A stretch of DNA of 64,000 bases from Calcarisporiella thermophila CBS 279.70 (lineage: Eukaryota > Fungi > Calcarisporiellomycota). The translations under genes and the position numbers were made by a program. Positions 11,258 through 22,188 of the stretch are shown in pieces (the first letter of the stretch is position 1; every line of letters begins with the position of its first letter). The notes beneath the pieces are model-generated. The model saw only the letters and a program-made list of their open reading frames with translations, had not been told where the DNA came from and made no database searches. The stretch is from contig NW_027192217.1 in assembly GCF_041956535.1 (NCBI RefSeq), positions 348,797 through 412,796 on the forward strand, read 5' to 3'.

Positions 11258-12106
11258 GGGGAAGGCACTTCCAGCGAAATGGCTCTCCGGAACCAGAAAC
11301 GCTGACGCCCCAATCCTGGCCAGAGGTTGCATCCACGGCAAAGGAATGGGAAAAGGTCTGGACCTCCATCCAAAAACGGCCAACCCTCCCAAAACACCCC
11401 ACACTACGCTGGCGAATCCTCGTAGAGCGTGTAATTACAAACTCGACATTCCCTGGTCATGACCCGAAATGTACCCGCTGTAACGCTCCGAGGGACACAA
11501 TCCGGCACACCTTCTTCGAATGTCCCGAACTCACTTCAGTGTGGCATTGGACGGAAAGGTGTATCAACACCATCTCAGGCCCCTAAACACTCAGGTGCTG
11601 AGCCCCAGGAACCTCGTACTTGGCGACCTACCAGAAGCCCCAAGGACAGTAAGACACGCGGCTCAAATCGTCTTTGATTCGGTGTTATGGCAAATCCATC
11701 GGGACCGAATCGCCTACCATTTCGAATGCACTTGAGCACCACCCGAGACAATCATCGTCCGTGCCAAAATGGACATCGAGGAGGCTATCGGAGGTGAACT
11801 GATAAATGCACGAAAAAGACGAGAGATGGAGTTATCCCGAAGAAGGTGGTGCAGTCAGGGAGCGGTAATGGAAAGTTCGGATAGAGCAAAACTAAAACTG
11901 GAGTGACGAAGCAACCCTTTCTCTCTCCCAATCCGCTCTTTCCCTCCTCCCCTCCTCATTACTTCATACCTTTCACCAAATACCCGATCACTATATACAT
12001 CTAATTTACCCTTTATTCCCCCCCTTTTCTTATTTCATTGTAATCATTAAACTCTTGTAAGCTACGGAAACTAATAAAAGTCTCTATTGATTGATCAAAA
12101 AAAAAA
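11258..12106 (+). mobile_element. 5'-truncated L1/Tx1-type LINE, family B
   Basis: zf-RVT motif CTRC...TIRHTFFEC; pyrimidine-rich 3' UTR; poly-A; TSD GAGGAC(A-rich)CGG at 11233-11257 and 12107-12123. Confidence 0.9.
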
Positions 12107-12123
12107 GAGGACAAAAAAAACGG

Positions 12124-13637
12124 AGAAGTCTCCTGGAACAACCAAAGGGCTTTAGTCTGGGATTAATTGACCCGAAACACCAATGTACAGCCATCCTTGC
12201 CTCCTGGATCCAAAGAATCCACAATGCGCAAAGAGAACGCATACCGCCGCCATGGTACCACTTAGCCATCCATATTCTTACGAAACACTACATCCCAAAC
12301 CAGTTAGGCCTAGGAATCCTCACAACCGACTACGGCATGCAGAAGCTGATGAGAAGAGGTGGCATCTGGCCAAGCATATACCATGCGTGGCGGAAGCTGG
12401 ATGGGCAGCTAGATATCGACAGAAGAATTACGCCAATGGAAGACTTGACCCTACCGATCAATAGGAACAAATACTTCCTCGAGAGAGGACAACCACTGCA
12501 AACTCGTGGAGAACAACATGGGCTCTCGGTCCTGGGTAACTTCTTCATATACCATCAGAATATCAATAGATATAGGCCATTCTACGATCCTGATCTACTG
12601 GACTACGTGGTGAGGTTTATCCACGTCAAACACCAGGAAGGATTTTACAAACATTATATCAAGCTCAGTACAATGTGGCGACTGGGTCAGCTGACCCTGG
12701 CCCCAAATCTTTGGGAAGCGCTCTCCTATAGGATGCCGGCCTTCACAGACTCGAGAATATTCCCCACCCATAACCTGAAATTAGGTGGTGTCAATATCAA
12801 GCTCTACTCTATCAAGTTCGGCAGACTATACCAGATATCACCAGATCCAGTTGCGGTAACTAGAGAATGGGCGCACATTACCTCATATGAAGGAGCGTGG
12901 AGAAGAGCCTGGAAGAGCTGGCCAAGACGCCCAAGCGAACCAAAGCAAAAGATCCTTCGATGGCGACTCCTTCAACATAAGTTAATAACAACAAGAATTG
13001 CCCAACACTTCGACCACTCAAGCCCCAACTGCAAGAGATGTCGACGAGAAGAGATAGAGACGATAGAACATGCCTTCTTTGAATGTGCGAGAATTGGAGA
13101 TCTGTGGAGGTGGTTTAACAGGCTCCATCAAAAAGATCTTCGATAAGCCCTGGACAAACATGCAAAATTACGAGAAACTCTTCGGATTCCACGAGGAGAC
13201 ACAGGGCAAAGATCGACAAGTCTCCATGTTGTTACACGACATCATGGTGTGGAGTATACATAAGACCAGGATCGCAATTGTAATGGACAACCAAGAACAC
13301 GAGGACATCGCATTCAAGTGTATCTTTTTATCAGATCTTCTCATAGCAATCAAAGGACAATGGATACAGGCACAGAGGAAAAAAGACGAAGAAGGGTTCA
13401 AGCAAAAATGGGGAAAGAGCTCGCTAATCCAGATCGATGACTGCCAAGAGGTAGCCCTCGATTTCGAGGAAGCAAAGAACACCTAACCCGACGTTTCCAA
13501 GCACAGATCTCTTTAAATTATATCCCATGTTTTTGTAGTACTTAATAAGCTTGTTCGGAAGCATATCTCACATTTGTAATATATATCGAATAAACCACAG
13601 GACGCAAGTTCCCGCGTCCTTAGAGGAGAAAAAAAAA
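12124..13637 (+). mobile_element. 5'-truncated L1/Tx1-type LINE, family A (ORF2 C-terminal half, one frameshift)
   Basis: zf-RVT CKRC...ETIEHAFFEC; extra A near 13130 relative to the 6.3-kb copy; AATAAA, terminal hairpin, poly-A. Confidence 0.9.
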
Positions 13638-13639
13638 CA

Positions 13640-13959
13640 GGAAGCACTATATCTTTCAAGTAGGGCAGCCAATAGAATTGATTGTCTCCACGTTGTCGCC
13701 CACTTGGTTACCTGTTATCCCCTCATGGTTACCCTAGGAACCCTCATGGCTACCTTGTTGATGTTGATTGATAATTTGTTGTCTTATCTATCTCATTTTT
13801 GAACACCAGTGAGAGTTATTCTCCTTTGTTCACAATCCTATTTAAACCCTTCGGTCTATTTTAATGTTCTATACCAATTCCCTGAATTATTAAGATAAAC
13901 CTCTTATATTTCTCAAGATTCGGACACCCCTTCACACAAATCTCCTTTCGCCCGTAACA
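13640..13959 (+). mobile_element. Possible LTR relic
   Basis: TATTTAAA at ~13840, ends CCCGTAACA; similar to 6402-6500 in reverse complement; no clear TG start. Confidence 0.35.
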
Positions 13960-14019
13960 ATCGGAGTTGAGCATTTAGTGTATTTAAGATAATTTTTTTC
14001 GAATTTTCGTGCAAACCTA

Positions 14020-15312
14020 CTGTACGCAACTGGACGGCAACCGAGACCTTGTCGCTACTTCTCTACAGATGCCCCTTAATCATAGATTGAGACGGGATCC
14101 GACAGATTGAGGAGCCAAAACCTCCAACACCGCCGTACCTACTTAACGAGATACTAACGTTTGTCCGCTGGGGCAGAAAAATTGAGTACAGATCGCTTCA
14201 TAATCAAGCACTATCTGCCAGAAATAGTGGAAGACAATCGGAAATGGAACATAGATCCTCTATGCTCCCTACTAAAAAGCTAAGGAGAGCGTGTTACCGT
14301 AGATACTGCGACCGCTCTCTTGGATAGGACCTCAGGTTTCTCAACCTACCCCCGATCTTAGTTGCAAAAGTCACAGAATACACTGACATACCGCGGCAAC
14401 ATCCTCACCCCTCGTCTCCCACTCTACCATTGCCATCTGGCCGGTAGGCCCGTCGCGGAATACTCCACTCGACAAGATCGTCACTCCCAGCGCAACAGCT
14501 CTCTAGAACCGAATACACTGGTTCCGCGATCCTGGCCCGAGGTTGGATCAACACCTAAGGATTGGGAGAAAGTCTGGATCTCCGTTCACTAACGACCCAC
14601 CCTCCCATAACACCGTGCGTTACGCTGGCAGATTCTTGTAGAACGAGTAATCACTAACTCTACATTCCCTGGTCACGATCCAAAGTGTACCCATTGCAAC
14701 ACTTCGAGGGACACAATTCGTCATACCTTTTTTTAATGTCCTGAACTTACGCCAGTGTGGCAATGGGTGGAGAGGTGTATCATCACCATCACAAGCCCCC
14801 AGAATTCTCAAGTGCTGACTGCTCGCAACCTTATATTAGGAGGTCTATCTGAATCCTCACGAACAGCAAAACACGGGGCTCAAATCACCTTTGATTCGGT
14901 ACTGTGGGAAATCTATTGGGATCATAGTGCCTTTCATTTTGAAAGCACCTGAGCCTCATCCGAAAATATCATCAATCGGGCCAAGATGTTGAGGAGGCTA
15001 TAGGAGCCGAACTAACAAGAGCCTGAAAAAAGCGACAAATTGAACAGTTTCGAAGCAAGTGGTGCAAATTGGGCGCGGTGAAAGAAGGAACTAATAGAGC
15101 GGCTCTAGAACTGGATTAACGCAGTAGCCTACTTCTATCCCTTCTTTTTCTTCCTTTCTTCCTTTCTCACTCCCCATATTACTTATCAAGTCGTTCCCTA
15201 ATACCCAGCTAGTTGAGTTTTATTACACATCTACCCATTTGAGGAGAAAATTCGTTATGATCAACTTACCCCGAATTGCAATACCGCGTTAATATCTAGC
15301 TTTTCCTTATTT
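14020..15312 (+). mobile_element. Decayed LINE, subfamily B'
   Basis: Stop-interrupted homologue of the family B ORF2 end (PRSWPEV, CTHC...RHTFF); 3' UTR matches 62600-62790; left boundary approximate. Confidence 0.8.
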
Positions 15313-15598
15313 ACATGGGATGCTTATAGTAAGACTTGTCGATATTGAAGGTAAGTTTTACCCTCAATTAGCTTCAGATATTTATTAAGCGGCCTCTATA
15401 CTATTGTCTAACAAAGGAAAGTAAAAATTTTATGTCGTTCTTAAGTAGTATAGTGGTTGCAGAGCGTGATCACAGAGCTATATAAATTATAATGCATGAA
15501 ATCCCAAAATATTTGCTTAAGCCTGGAACAAAATGCCAGCTTTTGATACCACAGTTATCTATTCTCTATGGAAAAATTAAATAAATTAAAGAAAAGCA

Positions 15599-15670
15599 CT
15601 CTCCGGCCGGGAATTGAACCCGGGTCGCCCGCGTGACAGGCGGGAATACTAACCACTATACTACCGAAGA
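15599..15670 (-). tRNA. tRNA-Asp(GTC)
   Basis: Identical to 11094-11165. Confidence 0.95.
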
Positions 15671-16105
15671 TTCCTATTGTTGTGAGGAAATTTGGAACTA
15701 AATGGATCAACGGCGCAGTAGTAGAGAATGGAGGCTTAGCTTTTGTGACTTGATCACTTTATTATCTTTATTTCTTTAACTGAGCCCTTTTGTGAGAATA
15801 TTTAATATTATTCGGTTGTTTATTATGCCAACCTTATTTTATGATAACTATATTATATTGAGATGATGCCATTTTATTACTTTTATTATTTATATTTTTC
15901 CCTATGTGATACGTTAACAACAGTATAAAAAGACCGATATTTCATTTACAATAAAAGACGTGCTATTTTGTATTGAGATAGAACCGGATTACGTTTCAAA
16001 CCACCATCTTGTGTCGTTTATTAGTCTTCTGAAGTGTTTAAGGAAGGTTAATCAAGAGCTTAGGGATAGCTAGAGGATTGTCGGGATAGATCTTATTAGA
16101 CATAT

Positions 16106-16741
16106 TTTTTTTTGNNNNNNNNNNNNNNNNNNNNNNNNNNNNNNNNNNNNNNNNNNNNNNNNNNNNNNNNNNNNNNNNNNNNNNNNNNNNNNNNNNNNNN
16201 NNNNNNNNNNNNNNNNNNNNNNNNNNNNNNNNNNNNNNNNNNNNNNNNNNNNNNNNNNNNNNNNNNNNNNNNNNNNNNNNNNNNNNNNNNNNNNNNNNNN
16301 NNNNNNNNNNNNNNNNNNNNNNNNNNNNNNNNNNNNNNNNNNNNNNNNNNNNNNNNNNNNNNNNNNNNNNNNNNNNNNNNNNNNNNNNNNNNNNNNNNNN
16401 NNNNNNNNNNNNNNNNNNNNNNNNNNNNNNNNNNNNNNNNNNNNNNNNNNNNNNNNNNNNNNNNNNNNNNNNNNNNNNNNNNNNNNNNNNNNNNNNNNNN
16501 NNNNNNNNNNNNNNNNNNNNNNNNNNNNNNNNNNNNNNNNNNNNNNNNNNNNNNNNNNNNNNNNNNNNNNNNNNNNNNNNNNNNNNNNNNNNNNNNNNNN
16601 NNNNNNNNNNNNNNNNNNNNNNNNNNNNNNNNNNNNNNNNNNNNNNNNNNAAAGAGTAAGTGCTGGTGGGGGAAGTGGGATTCGAACCCACGCCGTTCTC
16701 ATCGGCATCCCAGGGATAGTCCACTACACTAACCCTCCCCC
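16106..16741 (-). mobile_element. SINE family 1 insertion spanning the assembly gap
   Basis: Head visible at 16651-16741, poly-A at 16106-16113, perfect 17-bp TSD GATCTTATTAGACATAT at 16089-16105 and 16742-16758. Confidence 0.85.
16115..16650. other. Assembly gap (536 N)
   Basis: Run of N. Confidence 1.
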
Positions 16742-16844
16742 GATCTTATTAGACATATATTTGACGCAACAATTGGAGGGGATTCCAAAGTTACTTTTCA
16801 TTGGAAAGTTCGAAGGCAGCCACATTCTGCCAAATACACCAAGG

Positions 16845-17150
16845 CTGCTGGCACAGTGGTTAAGAGTCCCGGGGCTTAACCAATGTGTGCTGGGTTCGAT
16901 TCCCGGCGACGGCACCTGTACTAGAAATGGATCCGGGACATACTCTAGGAATCGAGCTATAAGCTACTTAGTTCTTAATAATTTGATATTGGTCGTTCTC
17001 AGAAAACAAGAAATACGTTTAATATAGTGACTTGTCAGAAGAAATACATGTAAGCAATGGTTGAGCGTTAGAAATAGCGTGCAAATCCTTTCATTTAACT
17101 TGTATAGGAGACTTTTCAATAAAAGATCCTTTAATCTCAAAAAAAAAAAA
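16845..17150 (+). mobile_element. tRNA-derived SINE, family 2
   Basis: A box TGGCACAGTGG, B box GGTTCGATTCC, non-pairing acceptor, tail CTTTTCAATAAAAGAT...A12, TSD AAATACACCAAGG; single copy here. Confidence 0.7.
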
Positions 17151-17186
17151 TACACCAAGGGTGCCCATCAAAAAAAAAAACAAGGG

Positions 17187-17412
17187 CACCCGTCCATGAG
17201 AGTTTGCCGGGTTTTACCAAAGACTCAATCGCTATCAATAGTATAGCAACAAGCAAGTAATATCAAGTGGCTACAAAAATAGGTAGCAAAAATCCTTAGG
17301 AGAAATCCAACCACAAAAATGGAAGGCCAGGAACAGTATCAGGGTGATTTTGACGTAGAAGCCTACCCTTCCATTCCCTTCAGATAAAATCATCAAGTGG
17401 ATGTAAAAAAAA
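17187..17412 (+). mobile_element. Short poly-A-tailed retroelement 3' fragment
   Basis: Bounded by CAAGGG/TACACCAAGGG target copies; carries the shared GGGTGATTTTGACGTAGAAG motif. Confidence 0.55.
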
Positions 17413-17420
17413 TACACCAA

Positions 17421-17768
17421 GGGCGAGGGATGGGTGTAGTGAACTATCCTAGGGATGCCGATTGAAACGGCGTGGGTTCGATTCCCACTTCCCCCACCAG
17501 CACTCACTATTAGATCGTGACTTCTGTCCACCTTGATCAATAGAGTCTCTATCACTGGAAAGATCGCTCCTACGAAAAAGTACACCGATTACATCGATTT
17601 CACGTACGTACTATTCACGACTACACCAATACACGCCTTTCGATTACATGCATATCGATCGCCCGCCTACCGATCAATGACTTATCTCTCGTTATATTAA
17701 GTCCATTAACATTAACTTCATGTAACATGGAAATTAAATAAAAGTTTCCATTGAATGATAAAAAAAAA
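17421..17768 (+). mobile_element. SINE family 1, diverged copy
   Basis: Colinear with the reverse complement of 7525-7861 from head to poly-A. Confidence 0.88.
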
Positions 17769-17784
17769 CTGCCAAAATCACCAA

Positions 17785-18897
17785 ATATGCGAACATTCAC
17801 GAGATCATCAAAGATGGCTTGTACACGAATAATCGGAAAGTTTCGTGTTATAAAACTCTCTCCACTTCCTAGAGAGTGCTAAACGTTAGAATTAACGATC
17901 TCCCTGGACGGTAAGAGGAAATCCTCAGAGAAAAAATCGGAGGCAACCTTACTCAAGTATGCCTGAGTCATCCAGATTGATTTCAATGCTATGGCAACAT
18001 GGGGTGATTAGAAGACCATTGCTACACTATACTTTAAAGGAATCCTGAGACTACGGAACTTTTAGAATATATTCTACCTCGCCAATTAGCAATCGGATGA
18101 CAAAATAATCCTTTCTTCGAAAGGATCTACTCCAGTGAGTAATTATTGTAAGGCTCCTGGTCACATACGCGTAGAATGTCCAAAGAAGAACAGGCAACAT
18201 CAAGAATATAAATCCGTCCAAACATCCACCCCGTCTATTCGTGAAACAACATCACATATAATGAATACAAGTAATGAGACTGAGAAGCCAAAGAAGAAAC
18301 AAGAAGTTACCATCAAAATAACAGTATTCCAAAGGTAATGGCATCTAACCACGAACTTTTAGAATCCAAATATTTAGCGAAATAACCGGATTTGAATTAT
18401 CCGCCAGCTAAGGGGAACCCCGAAATCAAACCGATCAACCTTCAAGAATTTCTAGCTTTCCCAAAAGAACACGAAGTTCGACTTCAGTACCACTAAATCG
18501 CCCACGCGCAACTACCAAACATTTCGGAAAACTATAAGGCAAAGTGCCCCTCTAAGACCCAAGAGCCTCTCTAAGGCAAAAGTTTCCGGTAGTCCCAACG
18601 GAATATGAACTTAGATATCTATTACAATGATAGCATATGCTGTTCTCCCTTAGCACTTCTGCTCTCTTAATATCAAAAGATATGGGTAAACAAAGTAAAT
18701 TTTTCTATTTACATTACACTTTTTATATTCTCAACCATCCTCATCAATTAGCTCTCATAATTTATCTACTTCTTCTCACTTATATACCACTTCAAGGTAG
18801 TCTGGGGGCAGTGCCCAAGAGATTTTGACGTAAAAGTTACCCTACCCTTTTAGCTCTACGGAATACTTTTCAATAAAAGATTTTTTAATAAAAAATA
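17785..18897 (+). mobile_element. Decayed LINE ORF1 (zinc knuckle) followed directly by a 3' tail
   Basis: Stop-riddled frame ending LPRQLAIG...SNYCKAPGHIRVECPKK (CCHC knuckle, first C lost); AATAAA and A-tail at 18872-18897; no RT seen. Confidence 0.6.
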
Positions 18898-18899
18898 AC

Positions 18900-19187
18900 T
18901 AGATAGTTCATTTTCTTTTCTATTTTCTTCTTTCCTCCTATAACTATTTCTATTTTTTTTTTTCTCTTCCTCTTCTCTGTCCTCTCTGCCCTTTCCCTCC
19001 TATCAAAGACTTTGAGCATATCCACATTTTGTTTCTCAGATGTATCATGTTCTCCCAAACCCATCAACACTTTTTTTATACATATCAAAGGTAGGCCGAG
19101 AGCCTGGGTGATTTTGGCGTAGTAGTCTACCCTATCCTCTTAACTACACGAAAATTATTCAATAAAGGGTTCACAGTTAAACAAAAC
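18900..19187 (+). mobile_element. Retroelement 3' UTR fragment
   Basis: Pyrimidine-rich tract, shared structured motif at 19090-19132, AATAAA and decayed A-tail. Confidence 0.45.
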
Positions 19188-19509
19188 AGGTGGTTCATTA
19201 CCCATTATTTTCTTGTAAAGAATAACCATGTTCCAAAGTTTCCTTTACTTATGTATGATATATTTTAATTAAACAAAAAGGACAAAATTACTCGCGCCCA
19301 AAAAGGAAAAATAAATTAGGGCTCTCTCTCTATAATATGACCCATTATTAAAAGAAAAATGCATCCATAACAGACAACTCATAAGTTTGAAATCGATTGA
19401 GTTAATTTATATTATTAAAATTATTCTTCTCCATTTTTAGTGGAATTCAAACTTCCAGTGTCCGGGTGTATATTAAAATTATAAGGAATAGGACCAAGTC
19501 ATAATATAT

Positions 19510-20792
19510 TTAAAACCAAAAGCTGACGCTAAAGCTTGTTGACAAAGATTTTACATAGTGCCACCACCCTGGAGGAACATATAAGACCTCTCCAGGTCCT
19601 ATCACACAATCTATATACTCTGCAGAATTATAGAGTGGAAATCTCTTCACATCTACCCTCTCGGGATCCACTTGGCTGGTATTGGAAAGCATGCCATCGT
19701 CATGGGGGTATAGATATTTGGTTTCATTGGGAGAGTGAAGGCGAAAAAATTTGCTTCCCACCACTTGGACGAAAAGATTATGGTATGGGTCGTGATGCAA
19801 AGGGGAAACAGTTCCTGCAGGCCCAATCCACACATTAGTGAGAACCGTGTTGTCGGTTGTGAAACAATAATCTGGAATCATTATATCCTGTTTTAAGCGG
19901 GGGATTTGGGCTAAAAGATCATGCTGTGCTAAATATGCAACTTCACCCTCTTCCAATGTATTGCGACGCGTGTTGAGCATGTATCGGGTGATAAACTTAT
20001 CAAGGGGCATAAGCTTCTGTGTCCAGCGACTTTCTGTATATGCCTTACCAATCTCAATGGGAACAAGACGTTCCCCTGCTAGCTCAATAAGATAGGATGG
20101 GCTCCATCGACTTAACGCTGGCCAATGGGATATAGCTTCACGGGGAATGATTATAGGCGTCGGATTATTTAGAATATGTTTCATAAACCATTCAATCGAA
20201 GGGGGTGCTGGTAACTTGGCGACTGGGTGCTTAATTGTGAGATGTGGCAACAGCTCCACTTCCTGCTGCATTTGGAAGACATCATTTGCTAGTTTTCTCT
20301 TCTTCTTTTTTAAACGTTCTGTCCTGATTGCCTCTTCCAATATTCTATCCAGCATTTCTCTGCGGCCTGCCCCTGGTGCACCTGCTACCACAATTGCTAA
20401 ATCACAGACACCCACTACCTCTCTTGCACTTCCCTCCCGAAGTGCCAAAGTACACGCACTGATTAAGCTCGCGTCTGTGAAGAGCCTTCGGTATGCATTA
20501 GGAACAGCATGATATGGATGCGATAGGATTTGGTAATGCGCAAAATCTATAAGAGATTGTGCGAGAAGTAGAGAATGATCTGAAGGATGGAAGGATTCAA
20601 GAAGATTTGTTAACAAATGGAGGGGAGCCGAGCCACATTCCACTAAATCTTAAAAGCAAATACGGATGAACATCCCAAAAAAAGATGTTGAGAATGAGCG
20701 CAGAAATGCTTACACTCGTCGAAGCCCACCTTAACTTCTTGTTGTAGTTGTGTAATTATGTTATGGCAGAGTGTGACGAGATCTTGATTCAT
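19510..20792 (-). CDS. JmjC oxygenase, JMJD5/KDM8-like, 2 exons
   Basis: YLAQHDL, WIGPAGTVSPLHHDP (HxD), PPGWWHYVKSL..SFSVSFWF; ATG 20792, intron ~20714-20643. Confidence 0.9.
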
Positions 20793-22188
20793 TTTAGTAT
20801 GTTCCTCTCATATATAATTGTAGAAGATTTTTATCCTCTGAGATATACAGGGGATATTCAGATAGCATTTGTTTTATCTCAATTTTAGAAAGTCGTTTGA
20901 TATTGGATATTATTGGATATTAGCATCTTAATTTGGAACATTCATTTTATTCGGATTTCTTATTTTGGTATTGAGTTTCGAATTGAGGAGTGGCAAGATT
21001 TGTTTATATTGTCCAAAGAGCATTGAATTAATACATATTAATCGATATATTTTTTCTTCTGTAAATGTACGATGCAAAAGGTTGCAACACATCTCGATTT
21101 TTTCCTATTGCACCATATTTCCATCCTGTTGTTCTATTTGAATTAATGGTTTCATAGTATTTAAATTTTTTAATACGAGAGAATATTAGGAAATAATTTT
21201 TTGGATTGTAAGGTTGTAAGGTATGCTTTTATTTTATCTCCTATTCTCTCATTATTCCCAGCGTTCCCGGATTTTAAAAGATTTAGTAGAAGGTTGGAGA
21301 TAGGTGCGCGAAAAACTAGGAACAAAAACAAGCTTGTCATTAGTTCTTCTGAGCAGAAGGATTTGAGCAAGCTATCAAGCCATAGGAATGAAATCAACCG
21401 GTAGCTTTGGAGGGCTATTTTGCGCTATTAAGGTTTGGATGAAATCAGCCACAAGGACAGATTGTCGTGTTTAATTGTAGCCTGATCGCAATGCTTTTTT
21501 CTATAAACGAACGTTATGCGAATACATGTATCAGTGGCTATTTAGAGAATCTTCAGAATGTTTCGATTCATACTTTTGCGAAGGCTAAATATCATAGACT
21601 CTCTCTCCGCATCTTATTTATCTCCGCGAAGTCAAAAAATTCCAAACTCTCGGCTGGATCGTACAAAAAAGCTTCTCGCGATGGCGAAGCAGCGAATGGT
21701 GAGAATGCAGCGTCCAGCAAAGGTTAAGTGCCGTTTATTCAAAATAAATTATTCGGCAGGAAATAGAGCGTTACATTATGTTTATGATTGCCTGTTTCGG
21801 AATCGTTAATTAAAGAGTCGCATGGCGATTGGCGCGAGCATAATGAGAAACACAGGAACAAGAGGCGGCAGTAATATAGAGTTTTCTGTTGCACAGCATC
21901 GTTCAGTATCATCTAGCCGCCTCACTGTTTGCCTAAGCCAGTCATTGAAAAATATAAAATATTCCGTTCCGTTTTTTGGTTTTATATCTCCACCCTTTTC
22001 ACTTCCTCCCCCCTTTTATCCTCCTCCTATTTCATTATTTCGTCTCTTTAGGCGGGCCTTCTTCCTCCTCCCTTACCCCTCATTTTCTTCTCACCCTTTC
22101 GAAGACTCTAAAAGTCCAGGCGACTTTTTTTCTTCTCTATTGATTGCAGGTTGCATTCCATCTATTTATATATCTATTCCACTTCACC

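Noticed and set aside
15678-15922. Solo LTR upstream of the second tRNA-Asp (TGTTG...CAACA, 245 bp)
   Set aside because: Only 5-bp inverted ends and an imperfect TSD (CTAT/GTAT); size is suggestive but insufficient
16038-16732. ORFs spanning X runs
   Set aside because: Artefacts of the N gap
16843-16916. Functional tRNA gene
   Set aside because: Acceptor and anticodon stems do not pair; followed by a body, poly-A and TSD, so treated as a SINE head
17320-17370. Hammerhead ribozyme
   Set aside because: Core reads GGGTGA...GAAG, not CTGANGA...GAAA
16827-17785. CRISPR-like repeat-spacer array
   Set aside because: Repeats are short TSDs preceded by poly-A with irregular spacing, in eukaryotic DNA without cas genes
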